Shown here in pieces: positions 51,994 to 60,460 of a stretch of DNA of 64,000 nucleotides. The translations under genes were made by a program, and so were the position numbers. How positions within the stretch are numbered: the stretch's first letter is position 1; every line of letters starts with the position of its first letter. This DNA is from an uncultured Planctomycetota bacterium (GTDB lineage Bacteria > Planctomycetota > Phycisphaerae > Tepidisphaerales > Tepidisphaeraceae), in the NCBI GenBank assembly GCA_963841915.1, contig CAWJEN010000005.1, positions 128,001 through 192,000 of the forward strand. The letters run 5' to 3'. The notes under the pieces are model-generated. The model did no database searches. It saw nothing but the letters and a program-made list of their open reading frames with translations, and was not told the origin of the DNA.

Positions 51994-53427
51994 TCAGGCA
52001 AGCTGGTATTGCGGGCTACTGGCGAGCAACTGCACGATGCCGCCGATTTTCTCGCGGATGATGCGGCTGTCCCGTTTGAACTCGGACGGCTTGTTCTGCT
52101 GATCCCGGCTAAGGTAGTCGAGCAGGCGACCGCGGACGTCGCCTGGCATTTCGCCGTCGAGCAGCAGCTCTCCGTACGCGTCGGCGACAGCCGACGCCGT
52201 GTCGAGCTCGCGAGAGTTAACGAAGTCGTAATGGCCGTTGTTGACGAACTCGTTGAAACCCTGGCTGCCGAGATCACGGCAGAACCGGAACCGCTCGATC
52301 ACGGTCGTCGAGTTGATCCAGGCTTGACCGCCTTCCCAACCGGCGACATTGGGTGGATACAGAAGCTTTTGTCCCATCCGCTCAACTGCCCGTCGCAGGT
52401 AATCCGCCCGCGGTCGCGTCTGGACGGCGTAGCAGGAACCAACCACCATCTCGATCGGGGACTTGATTCGGCTGCGATAGGCCCAGCGGCTCACTCCAAG
52501 TCGGCTCGACACCATCTCGCGCAGCGTGTTGCCGATGTGCCACTCGTTCTCGCGTAAACGCTTGGCGTAGTGCTCGACGTGCTCGTCGAACGGCTGCGGG
52601 TGGACGAACGTCTGCAGCAACCGCTTGGCGATGAATCGCGACGCTGCCGGATGCTTGAGTATGGCATCGACGGCCTGCTCGTCATCGAAAGTGCCACGTG
52701 ATTCGTAAGGCGTACCTGCAAAAACGACCTTCTCGCCCTCGTCATGCCGGTCCTTCTCGAAGCGACTGTCACGGCCTGCAATGCGGCGACCGGTAAAGGC
52801 GCGGGCGAGTTCCTGAATGTCGTGCTCTTCGTACTGACCGACGCCCAGGCAGAAGAGCTCCAGAATCTCTCGACCGTAGTTCTCGTTGGGGCTGGCCTTG
52901 TGGCTGTTCTCACCGTCGAGCCAACGAAGCATCGCCGGCTGACGTCCCACTTTCACGACGAGATCGCGGAAGCTGCCCAGGCCGTCTGTGCGGAACAGCT
53001 CGATCTGGTCATGCATCCAGTCGGCCCGCCTGACCTTGCTCGCACTCGTGGCAAAGTGGTCGTGCCAGAGCAGTGCCACCCGCTCCTGCAGCGGCTTAGG
53101 CGAGTGGGTCATGCGGTGGAACCACCAGTCGGCCACCAGCCCCACGTTCCGCCGCACGTCGAACATGCTGGCGGCCTGATCAAGGAAGGCGTTGAGCCCG
53201 CCGACATCTGTTTTGGGATCAAAACCGAAGACGCGATCGAGCGCGACCTTCATGCCGGCCTCACAGGCCTCTGTCAATCGTTCTGGTGTCGCCGCAAACT
53301 CGACGCGGCGGAGCATGTGCCCCGCCTGCCGAACGCTTAGCTTGTCGCTGCCGTCGTCATGCCGATGCGGCTCAAACGGTCGCTCAGGCGGCTGCGGACC
53401 CTTAACGGCTTTGGCTTGATCTGGCAT
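51994..53427 (-). CDS. DUF1800 family protein
   Basis: LQERVALLWHDHFATS, PNENYGREILELF.LG, ARAFTG, PPNVAGW; paired with DUF1501. Confidence 0.88.
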   Translation of the reverse strand: MPDQAKAVKGPQPPERPFEPHRHDDGSDKLSVRQAGHMLRRVEFAATPERLTEACEAGMKVALDRVFGFDPKTDVGGLNAFLDQAASMFDVRRNVGLVADWWFHRMTHSPKPLQERVALLWHDHFATSASKVRRADWMHDQIELFRTDGLGSFRDLVVKVGRQPAMLRWLDGENSHKASPNENYGREILELFCLGVGQYEEHDIQELARAFTGRRIAGRDSRFEKDRHDEGEKVVFAGTPYESRGTFDDEQAVDAILKHPAASRFIAKRLLQTFVHPQPFDEHVEHYAKRLRENEWHIGNTLREMVSSRLGVSRWAYRSRIKSPIEMVVGSCYAVQTRPRADYLRRAVERMGQKLLYPPNVAGWEGGQAWINSTTVIERFRFCRDLGSQGFNEFVNNGHYDFVNSRELDTASAVADAYGELLLDGEMPGDVRGRLLDYLSRDQQNKPSEFKRDSRIIREKIGGIVQLLASSPQYQLA

Positions 53428-53607
53428 GGCAGTCGGGCTGTTTCTCCTCCGGAAGACACATGACGAGACGAAAGTCGCCACAGGTCAAAGCGGAACATCT
53501 CGTTTGCTCGACCGATAACCTACCACGATCGCACCATCTATTGCAAGACGGTCGCTCCACTTGTGGATCGACGGCCGCCCCTGAAGGTCCTAGCCTGTGG
53601 CCCGCCT

Positions 53608-53681
53608 GGACTGGTAGCTCAGTTGGTTAGAGCATCCGGCTTTTAACCGGAGTGTCGTGGGTTCGAATCCCACCCGGTCCA
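53608..53681 (+). tRNA. tRNA-Lys (anticodon UUU)
   Basis: Cloverleaf: acceptor GGACTGG/CCGGTCC, D arm GCTC/GAGC, anticodon arm TCCGG-CTTTTAA-CCGGA, T arm GTGGG-TTCGAAT-CCCAC; CCA not encoded. TAGCCT at 53591-53596 upstream. Confidence 0.96.
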
Positions 53682-53805
53682 CTGGTTTATCAGGGGAAAT
53701 GCGGCAAAGTCATCGCCGCCCCCCGACAAGGTCACAACCTGGGATCACAACCCCGCAGCCGCAAGGCCGCCGCGGTTGTGATGGAGCGCGGGAAGGCGGC
53801 CGCCC

Positions 53806-54078
53806 TTGAGTCTGCCGAGCCCGCAGAAAAAACGCCGCCGCAACGTCGCTGGCGAGCCCTTCACCGCGTCGGCGGCCAGCCTGACGGAGCTGCTCCAGCA
53901 GGATCGGCCCTTTACCGACCTGCAGGCCGAGGAACTGCTGCGGCACGTCAGATACGAGCAGTCGATGCACCGGGCGTGCCGCAACCTTGAGCGGCTGCAA
54001 CGTGCCCGTCGCACGGGCCGGCGGTCTGCCGCAAAGGCTGCGCAGCTGCCGCTATTCGGCGAGGCGGTGCCAGCATGA
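53806..54078 (+). CDS. Phage hypothetical protein
   Basis: TTG start after GGAAGG, ATGA overlap with the next gene, C-terminal QLPLF. Confidence 0.55.
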   Translation: MSLPSPQKKRRRNVAGEPFTASAASLTELLQQDRPFTDLQAEELLRHVRYEQSMHRACRNLERLQRARRTGRRSAAKAAQLPLFGEAVPA

Positions 54079-54647
54079 CCCCAGAGCAACACGAGGCCGA
54101 GCGGCTCGCACGCCTTGCCGAGATCGCCGCACGCGTGGAGTCCGACGGCGAGCACGAGCAAGCGAAGATCAACCGCCAAGCCCCACGCGTCACAACCGAC
54201 ACGAGGCGTCCGCCATGCCTTTGCGACCGCCGGGACAACAGCCAAAGCCACGGTCAGCGGGTCCGGCGTCTGAGTGACGGACACGTCTTCGAAAGCGTGC
54301 TCGCCGCCGCCCAGGCCATGCGGAAAGCCACCAGCACCATCCGCCACTGCCTCAAGCGTGGCCGCCCGGTCTACCACCGTGGCCGCGTGGGCTCGTTCGA
54401 CTTCGTTGAGTGCGTTGCGTGCCTGATCGAGCGTGGCGAGATGGAGCCCGAGCCACGCCCGACGCTGGGAAGGCGTCACCGGCCGGTCATCCGAGACGGC
54501 GCCCGGTGGTATCCGAGCATCCGGCAGGCCGCGGACGACATTGGAGTCTGCAGTTCCGCCGTGCACATGGCCCTCGTTCGCGGCCGTCCGTCCCGCGGGC
54601 AACGTTTCGAGTACGCCGACAAGAAGGAGGCCGCCCTTGCCTCGTAA
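54075..54647 (+). CDS. Protein with two NUMOD1/IENR1-like DNA-binding repeats
   Basis: GHVFESVLAAAQAM...TIRHCLKRG and RWYPSIRQAADDIGV..SAVHMALVRG...GQRFEY. Confidence 0.6.
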   Translation: MTPEQHEAERLARLAEIAARVESDGEHEQAKINRQAPRVTTDTRRPPCLCDRRDNSQSHGQRVRRLSDGHVFESVLAAAQAMRKATSTIRHCLKRGRPVYHRGRVGSFDFVECVACLIERGEMEPEPRPTLGRRHRPVIRDGARWYPSIRQAADDIGVCSSAVHMALVRGRPSRGQRFEYADKKEAALAS

Positions 54648-55149
54648 GCCACCACAGCCACCGCCCCGCGAGTGGATCGACGCCATGCGGGCCGGCCCCG
54701 GCTTGTTCATCGCCATTCGCACCGTCAGCACCCTCAACAGCCGCGAGCACTGGCGGAGCAAGAGCAACCGCGTGAAGCGCGAACGCACCGCCGCGGCCAA
54801 GCACCTGCTCGCGGGCCGCAGCAGCGGAGCCATCCCCGAGACGTTCGGCATGGGCCTGACCGTCAGGTTCACCCGCTACAGCGCCGGCCTGCTCGATCGG
54901 GACGACAACCTCAACGCAGCCTTCAAGGGCATCCGCGACGAGATCGCCGCGTTCTACGACGTCGATGATCGTGAGACCGCGTGGCAGTGGCAGTACGACC
55001 AGGAACGCGTCAGACGTGGCTGCTTCGGCATCCGGGTCGAGATCGACCGGACGGACGCACCACCGGCCGCCGTTGCAGCAGCACCGACCGCCCCGGCACC
55101 GCTTGCCGCACAGGGCCGACTCTTCCACCACGACGGAGGCATGCAGTGA
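54637..55149 (+). CDS. RusA-like Holliday junction resolvase
   Basis: STLNSREHW, VRFTRY, LDRDDNL..AFKGIRD, DVDDR, IRVEI; TTG start after AAGGAGG. Confidence 0.7.
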   Translation: MPRKPPQPPPREWIDAMRAGPGLFIAIRTVSTLNSREHWRSKSNRVKRERTAAAKHLLAGRSSGAIPETFGMGLTVRFTRYSAGLLDRDDNLNAAFKGIRDEIAAFYDVDDRETAWQWQYDQERVRRGCFGIRVEIDRTDAPPAAVAAAPTAPAPLAAQGRLFHHDGGMQ

Positions 55150-56150
55150 GACGACACGGCCCAGGCCACATCATCGATCGTGCGGACGCCTACGGCCTGG
55201 CCAACCTGAGCGGCAACGCCGCGCTCCTCCTGCTCGCCTACCTACGCGTTTGCAACAGCAGCGACGGCACCACCCTTGCCGATGGTCTGCAGGTCGCCGA
55301 GCGGGCCGGGATCACCGCCGCGAGCAGCTGCAGGGCCGCCCACCGGGCCCTCGAATCCGCCGGCCTGATCGAGCGGCTGACGGACGGTGGCGGACGTGGA
55401 AAGGCCGCCCGATACCGGCTCGTCAGCACCCCGCAGGACGACCAAGATGCCGCCGATCGAGTCCCTGCCGAAGCCGCTAAACCCGCCAGCCCACTGGCGA
55501 GTTTAGAGCGTAAACCCGCCAGCCCACTGGCGGGTATTGGCCATAAACCCGCCAGCCCACTGGCGGGTTTAGACGCTAAACCCGCCAACCAGCTGCGCGA
55601 AACCCGCCAGCCCACTGGCGGGTATTCGAGCGGAATAAGGAAGGCCGAGCCAATTACCGAGCCAACCCAGACCCAGCCAAGCGCGGGCGGGCGGGAGCGC
55701 GAGGCGGAACCGCAGCCGACCGGACCGACACTCGGCGAGGCTTGCGAGCAGGCACACGCCGAGGCCGCCAGCCGCATCGAGCTGACCGACGACGACGACG
55801 GCCTACGGCTCGTGGACCCAAGCCGCCGCGAGGCATCAGCCGCCGACGTCGCCCGCGTCTGCCGCGCCACCGGCAAGCCCGACTTCAACACCCCGCCCGG
55901 CGACCGAAGCGACGCCCGCCAGCTGCTCGCCATCGTCGGCGTCGACGCGGCCTGCGACCTCGTGGCATGGGCCACCGGCAAGACCGACCGGGCCCCGATC
56001 CGCTTTGCCACCGCCAGGGCACGCCGAGAGGCCGCCGAAGCAGCCACGACCGCAACGCCAGCCACAGCCGACGGCACAGCAACACCCCGCCGCAACTGGC
56101 GAGACGACCCGTTCAGCATCCCCGACCGATCAAGCAACCCCGCAGCCTGA
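55146..56150 (+). CDS. Phage replication initiator (N-terminal winged HTH; lambda O-like architecture)
   Basis: LSGNAALLLLAYL...QVAERAGI...AHRALESAGLIER..GGGRGKAARYRL followed by an internal repeat array; GTGA overlap, GGAGG RBS. Confidence 0.72.
   Translation: MRRHGPGHIIDRADAYGLANLSGNAALLLLAYLRVCNSSDGTTLADGLQVAERAGITAASSCRAAHRALESAGLIERLTDGGGRGKAARYRLVSTPQDDQDAADRVPAEAAKPASPLASLERKPASPLAGIGHKPASPLAGLDAKPANQLRETRQPTGGYSSGIRKAEPITEPTQTQPSAGGREREAEPQPTGPTLGEACEQAHAEAASRIELTDDDDGLRLVDPSRREASAADVARVCRATGKPDFNTPPGDRSDARQLLAIVGVDAACDLVAWATGKTDRAPIRFATARARREAAEAATTATPATADGTATPRRNWRDDPFSIPDRSSNPAA
55478..55626. repeat. Palindromic iteron array (putative replication origin) inside the initiator gene
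   Basis: AAACCCGCCAG-CCCA-CTGGCG(G/A)GT(T/A)T starting at 55479, 55512, 55545 and 55600, plus a half-site at 55578. Confidence 0.8.
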
Positions 56151-56154
56151 GCCC

Positions 56155-56788
56155 ATGACCGACGAAGAACTTGACATCGCGATGAAAAAGCTCGCCACGC
56201 ACTGGAACTGGAAGCCGAGCGAACGCGAAGACTTGCTCCGCCGCTTCGGCGACATCGACGGCACCGCCGTCATCGAGGCCATCGACAAGATCTACGCGAA
56301 CGCGGACAAGGTGGCCCTCGCCAAGCCGAGCCCGAAGTCGATCCGTCAGAACCTGCCAACGCTGAGTCAGCCGCAACGGCAGAGCGACGGGACCGGCTTC
56401 GACTTCGCCACCGTCGTCCGGCGGAACAACCCGTCGCTCCGCCCGTCGAGTGATGCCGCTTGCGTCGTCGCGTACCACGCCCACTGGAGCGGACGCGACA
56501 GCAGGCGGGCCGAGCTCGAGCGCCGTCGCCCGCAGCCTGACGAACGAGGCCCAGCAAGCCGCGATCCGTGCCCTGTACACGCACTGCAGCAACACGATTC
56601 GCCACTGTGCCGCTCAACTCGTCGCGGCCGAGTCATCCGATGCAAAGCTGCCGGCCGAGCGCGTGGAGGAATTGCTGCAGGTTGCCAAGCGGCTGGCATG
56701 GGGCGCGGACGCATTGATCAACAAAGCGAGTGAAGCAGGTATCCGCATCGTCCGGGTGCAGGAAGAGCTGCCGGCGTTCGCCGCGTGA
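56155..56788 (+). CDS. Helicase loader/inhibitor-like phage protein, probable +1 frameshift near 56530
   Basis: MTDEELDIAMKKLATHW...FGDIDGTAVIEAIDKIY...KPSPKSIR resembles G39P/lambda-P-type N-domains; lies directly after the initiator. Helical coding frame resumes as RSLTNEAQQAAIRALY. Confidence 0.5.
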
Positions 56789-56826
56789 TCAAACATCAAA
56801 TCAGTCGCACCCGTTACATTGAACCA

Positions 56827-57465
56827 ATGGCGCAACCGCACCGTCAGCTTCCGTTACCCTTTAAGCCGGCAGACCTGCCAGCTAGAGCGGCAGCGGATGA
56901 ATTGAGCCGCGACGCGCTCGCGTACGTCCGGGAGGCCAACCCGGTGCGGCGTGAAGCGATCTTCGCCAGATTGTGGCCGGCCCTCGACGGCATCGCCGGC
57001 GTGCTGCTCAAGAAGTTTAACGCCATCCCGCACTTTGATGAGGCCGACCTCCGTCAAGAAATGCACGCGGCGATGATTAAGGCGTTGCCGAATTATGTAG
57101 CGGAGGCCGGAACGCTCCGCGTCTTTATGTTCATCTGCGGCGAGCGTCGAATGAAATCGCTGCTCCGCTACAGCGGCCGGGCGATGAGGCGGGAAGAGCG
57201 GGACGACTGGCGGGTCGAGAGTGTCGAGCGGCAGGACCGCGACCTGCAGCCGAGCGAGCACGCGGAATGTGCCGAGCAGCTATGGCTGATCGAGTCGATC
57301 GCCACGCCGGCCGAACGTCGAATCATCAAAGCCCGCCTCGCCGGCCAGAGCGACAGGCAGATCGCAAAGCAGCGGAACAGCAAGGCCAGCCGGGTCGCCT
57401 TGCTTCGTCAGCGTCTGGCCCAGCGGCTGGAAAGCTATCAGGCTGCGCAGAAGCCAACGGCGTAG
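56827..57465 (+). CDS. Sigma-70 family RNA polymerase sigma factor (regions 2 and 4)
   Basis: Region 2: DEADLRQEMHAAMIKALPNY...GTLRVFMFICGERRMKSLLR. Region 4: TPAERRII...GQSDRQIAKQ...RVALLRQR. Confidence 0.72.
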   Translation: MAQPHRQLPLPFKPADLPARAAADELSRDALAYVREANPVRREAIFARLWPALDGIAGVLLKKFNAIPHFDEADLRQEMHAAMIKALPNYVAEAGTLRVFMFICGERRMKSLLRYSGRAMRREERDDWRVESVERQDRDLQPSEHAECAEQLWLIESIATPAERRIIKARLAGQSDRQIAKQRNSKASRVALLRQRLAQRLESYQAAQKPTA

Positions 57466-57906
57466 GTGCGGAACGTGGATGCCGGCCATACCAGCCTGAC
57501 CCCGGGCCAGAACACGAGCGAAGGCCGCACGGCCATCCCGCTGGCCTTGATCGGCGGCATCGTGTCGCTTGTCGTGGCCGCCCTGCTCGAGCTGACGACG
57601 GGCAAAGTGCCGGACGCGGTCATCATCGCCGCCGTCCACGGGAGCGCGTTCGTCGGCGGCCTCGCCATTCTCGGATTCTCGATCAGCCGAGGCATCGCCA
57701 AGTTTGGCGACCTGAAACAGCAGGCCCGCATCAAGGTTCTCGAAGATCAGGCGGCCGCGGCCGAAGCGATCGCCGAAGAGCGCAAACAACAGATCATCGC
57801 CCGTGACCTGCAACGAAAGCAGGACCGCGAGGAAGCCACGAAGGTCGAGCTACAGCTCCGCCGCGAGCTGGACGCCGCCAAGAAGCTCACGAAGCCCAAG
57901 ACATGA
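57466..57906 (+). CDS. Two-TM membrane protein with coiled-coil tail, holin-like
   Basis: PGQNTSE then two hydrophobic helices ending GFSISRGIAK; charged C-terminus. Confidence 0.5.
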   Translation: MRNVDAGHTSLTPGQNTSEGRTAIPLALIGGIVSLVVAALLELTTGKVPDAVIIAAVHGSAFVGGLAILGFSISRGIAKFGDLKQQARIKVLEDQAAAAEAIAEERKQQIIARDLQRKQDREEATKVELQLRRELDAAKKLTKPKT

Positions 57907-58184
57907 AGCACCACCACCGCCTTATCGCCGTCGCATTCGCCGTCGTCATGCTCACCGGTTGCGCCGGGCCGCTTGCCAGCCTCGACCCTACCACCGCAGA
58001 CGAGGTCGCGGACGAGATCGAACTGCAGGCGGACGACATGGAGGCCGTCTACCCCGCCCTGCTCGACGGCACGTCGCCGCCTGATCCTGAAACCGCCCAG
58101 GACTTCCGCGACGACATGCACCAGCTTCGCAAGACGGCCGACTCGATCCGCAACGCGAGGCCGCCGAACCCGCCTGACCGATGA
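57903..58184 (+). CDS. Small lipoprotein (spanin-like candidate)
   Basis: Lipobox LTGC, 93 aa, proline-rich end, ATGA overlaps on both sides. Confidence 0.6.
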   Translation: MKHHHRLIAVAFAVVMLTGCAGPLASLDPTTADEVADEIELQADDMEAVYPALLDGTSPPDPETAQDFRDDMHQLRKTADSIRNARPPNPPDR

Positions 58185-58594
58185 ACACCGCCACCGCCCG
58201 CCGCATCCTCGCCCACGCCATGAACTTCCTCCGCCGAATCTTCAGTCGCCGTCCCAGCCTTGACAGCTACGCGCGTCAGGCCGGCCGGCTCGTGCTGAAG
58301 GATCTGCGGAGCATTAAGCCCACGCCAGACGATGCCCGCGTCATCACGCGAGCCGTCCGGCGTGCGGCTGAGTTCGAGCTCCAGGCCCGCATCGCCACCG
58401 CCGAGCAACGGCCAGACGCCGCCGCCGCTAATCGAAGTCAGCAGAAGCTCGCCATCGGCCGGCTGCGCCGCATGGGCCAAGCCGCACGAATCGACGCCGA
58501 AGCCGCCGCGGCCGACCGCGTGTCGCAGGCGATCGACTTCCTCGAGCAGGCCGCCATCGAAGGTGGCTACCGACTGCTCGACCTTGCACTTTGA
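58181..58594 (+). CDS. Phage hypothetical helical protein
   Basis: ATGA overlap; Ala/Arg-rich helical sequence. Confidence 0.55.
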   Translation: MNTATARRILAHAMNFLRRIFSRRPSLDSYARQAGRLVLKDLRSIKPTPDDARVITRAVRRAAEFELQARIATAEQRPDAAAANRSQQKLAIGRLRRMGQAARIDAEAAAADRVSQAIDFLEQAAIEGGYRLLDLAL

Positions 58595-58619
58595 ACCGCT
58601 GCCGCAAGGCATTCCCGCC

Positions 58620-58982
58620 GTGACAGAAACCGACAAAAACAAGTTGATGGAGGTGGCAAAGCCGTTACTGCCCGTGGTACTGGCGTTGATCGCCGGCTAC
58701 TTCGGCATGCGGCAGAGCGTCGCCGGCCTCGACATGAAGGTCGAGCACACGAATGACCGGCTGGAAGACCTCAAGGTTCAGATCGAACGAGGCACCGCCT
58801 CGCGCTGGACGCTGGACCAACACAACAGTTACGCGAACATCGTCAGCGAGCGATTCGCCGCAATGAAGGACGCCATGGGCCGCGACTCGGGCGACATTGC
58901 GATGTTGCGTCAAAGCGTCGCCGTGCTTGATGCCGAGATCGACCGGCTGCGAATGGCCCAGCCACAAGACGAACGACAATGA
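58620..58982 (+). CDS. Single-TM coiled-coil phage membrane protein
   Basis: GTG start; PLLPVVLALIAGYFGM helix followed by heptad repeats; overlaps the next ATG. Confidence 0.55.
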   Translation: MTETDKNKLMEVAKPLLPVVLALIAGYFGMRQSVAGLDMKVEHTNDRLEDLKVQIERGTASRWTLDQHNSYANIVSERFAAMKDAMGRDSGDIAMLRQSVAVLDAEIDRLRMAQPQDERQ

Positions 58983-60460
58983 ACCGCCCCACCGCATCCG
59001 TCGGCCTGCTCCTGCTCGCCGTTCTAGTCGCCACCACCGCCGTCGCCAGCCCGATCGGAGACCTGCAGGACGAAGGCCGACGCATCGCCGCAGAGCTGCG
59101 AGAGTGGCAGGGGCGAGTCGATCGACTTGCCGCCGAGATTGAGAAGCAAGAGCCCGCCAAGACGGCGGCAGTCGAGACGGTCGAAACCATCACCGGCCGC
59201 CTCGTCACGTTCGAGATCCCGACCGAGCTGCAGACGGCCGACGCCCACACGATTCGGTACGTCTGGGACTTCGGCGACGGCTCGACGCTTCGCCCCGGGT
59301 ACGGCGCCGGCCACGTCTACGCCGCACCGGGCACCTACACCGTCACGCTCCGCGGCCGGCCTCACGCGACCGTCAACGTCCTGGCCCGGCCGCCGAACCT
59401 GCAGGTCGTCCTGCCGGCCGGCGACGTCGTCGGCTTCACTGCCGCCGCGGATACTGAATATGTCGCGCACGCCAAGGGCACGCGAATCACCAGCACCATC
59501 GACGCGTCGGCCGGCGGCGTCACGCTCCGCGGCCTGATCCTCGACACCGGCACCGACGCCAAGCTCCCGGCCGTGCGTCCTGGCGACGACCTGGCCCTGA
59601 TCGACTGCCGCGTCGACTCGGCCCGGAGCCTCATCGTCCTGGACTTCGGCGGCACGCTCGACGGCTTGCTCCTCGAGCGCGTCGAGCAGGTCGGCACCGA
59701 CACGCTGCAACGCTACCTCGTCGGTCTATTCGGCACGTCGAGCCACGTCAGCGTCTACGACTCCAAGGCGACGAACTCGAACCACGAGCACATCCTGCGG
59801 CTCAGCGGCGACCCGATCGGCGGCGAGACGACGTTCGCCACCGTCCACGGCAACGCGTTCTCGAACCTCGGACAGCACAACGGCGGCCCCCGCGGCGACA
59901 TGGGCAAGTCGACCGTCATCCTTCAGGTCGGACGGTTCCACCACGTCGAAGACAACACGCTCGACGGCCCGTCAGGTGCCGGCCCGCTCGGTGAGGGCGA
60001 CGGCCTCGGCAACAAGCAGTGGCGCGTCAGCAACGTCAGGATCGAAAACAATCGCATGAGCGGCTGGCAGGCCGACCACGGCCTAAGCGACGCGACCGTG
60101 CTCAACAACACGGTCGACGGCCCCATCACGATCGACGGCTGGGTCGACGCTTTCGACCGCACTGTCGAGCGCGTGACGCTCACGGGCAACACGGGCGGCA
60201 CGCTCACCGTCGGCGGCCGAACGAAGCAGGTGATCGTCGACGGCCTGATCCTCGACGGCGACAGCGGCACGCCCGGCAACCCGATGCCGGCCCTGCGTCT
60301 GCCGGCCGACATGAGCGGCATCACGCTGCGGAACGTCAAGGCTCCTCTGCGTGGCGACTGGCCGCACGCGAAGGGGTCGCTGGCGATTGTCGGCAGCCAA
60401 AACGACCGTGACAGCTACAAGCGTGCCGGCGAGCTGCCGGGCGTGGAGGCGGCGAAGTAA
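58979..60460 (+). CDS. Secreted PKD-domain / parallel beta-helix protein
   Basis: Signal peptide, short coiled coil, YVWDFGDGS...HVYAAPGTYTVTL (PKD), then Asn-ladder repeats (VHGNAF, VEDNTL, IENNRM, VLNNTV, LTGNT). Confidence 0.72.
   Translation: MNRPTASVGLLLLAVLVATTAVASPIGDLQDEGRRIAAELREWQGRVDRLAAEIEKQEPAKTAAVETVETITGRLVTFEIPTELQTADAHTIRYVWDFGDGSTLRPGYGAGHVYAAPGTYTVTLRGRPHATVNVLARPPNLQVVLPAGDVVGFTAAADTEYVAHAKGTRITSTIDASAGGVTLRGLILDTGTDAKLPAVRPGDDLALIDCRVDSARSLIVLDFGGTLDGLLLERVEQVGTDTLQRYLVGLFGTSSHVSVYDSKATNSNHEHILRLSGDPIGGETTFATVHGNAFSNLGQHNGGPRGDMGKSTVILQVGRFHHVEDNTLDGPSGAGPLGEGDGLGNKQWRVSNVRIENNRMSGWQADHGLSDATVLNNTVDGPITIDGWVDAFDRTVERVTLTGNTGGTLTVGGRTKQVIVDGLILDGDSGTPGNPMPALRLPADMSGITLRNVKAPLRGDWPHAKGSLAIVGSQNDRDSYKRAGELPGVEAAK

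Noticed and set aside
53699..53809. 36-codon ORF right after the tRNA
   Set aside because: Too short, no recognisable features, and overlaps the putative att arm repeats; cannot be supported.
55478..55626. Possible CRISPR array
   Set aside because: Spacers are only ~7 bp, the array lies inside a CDS and no cas genes are present; it fits iterons better.
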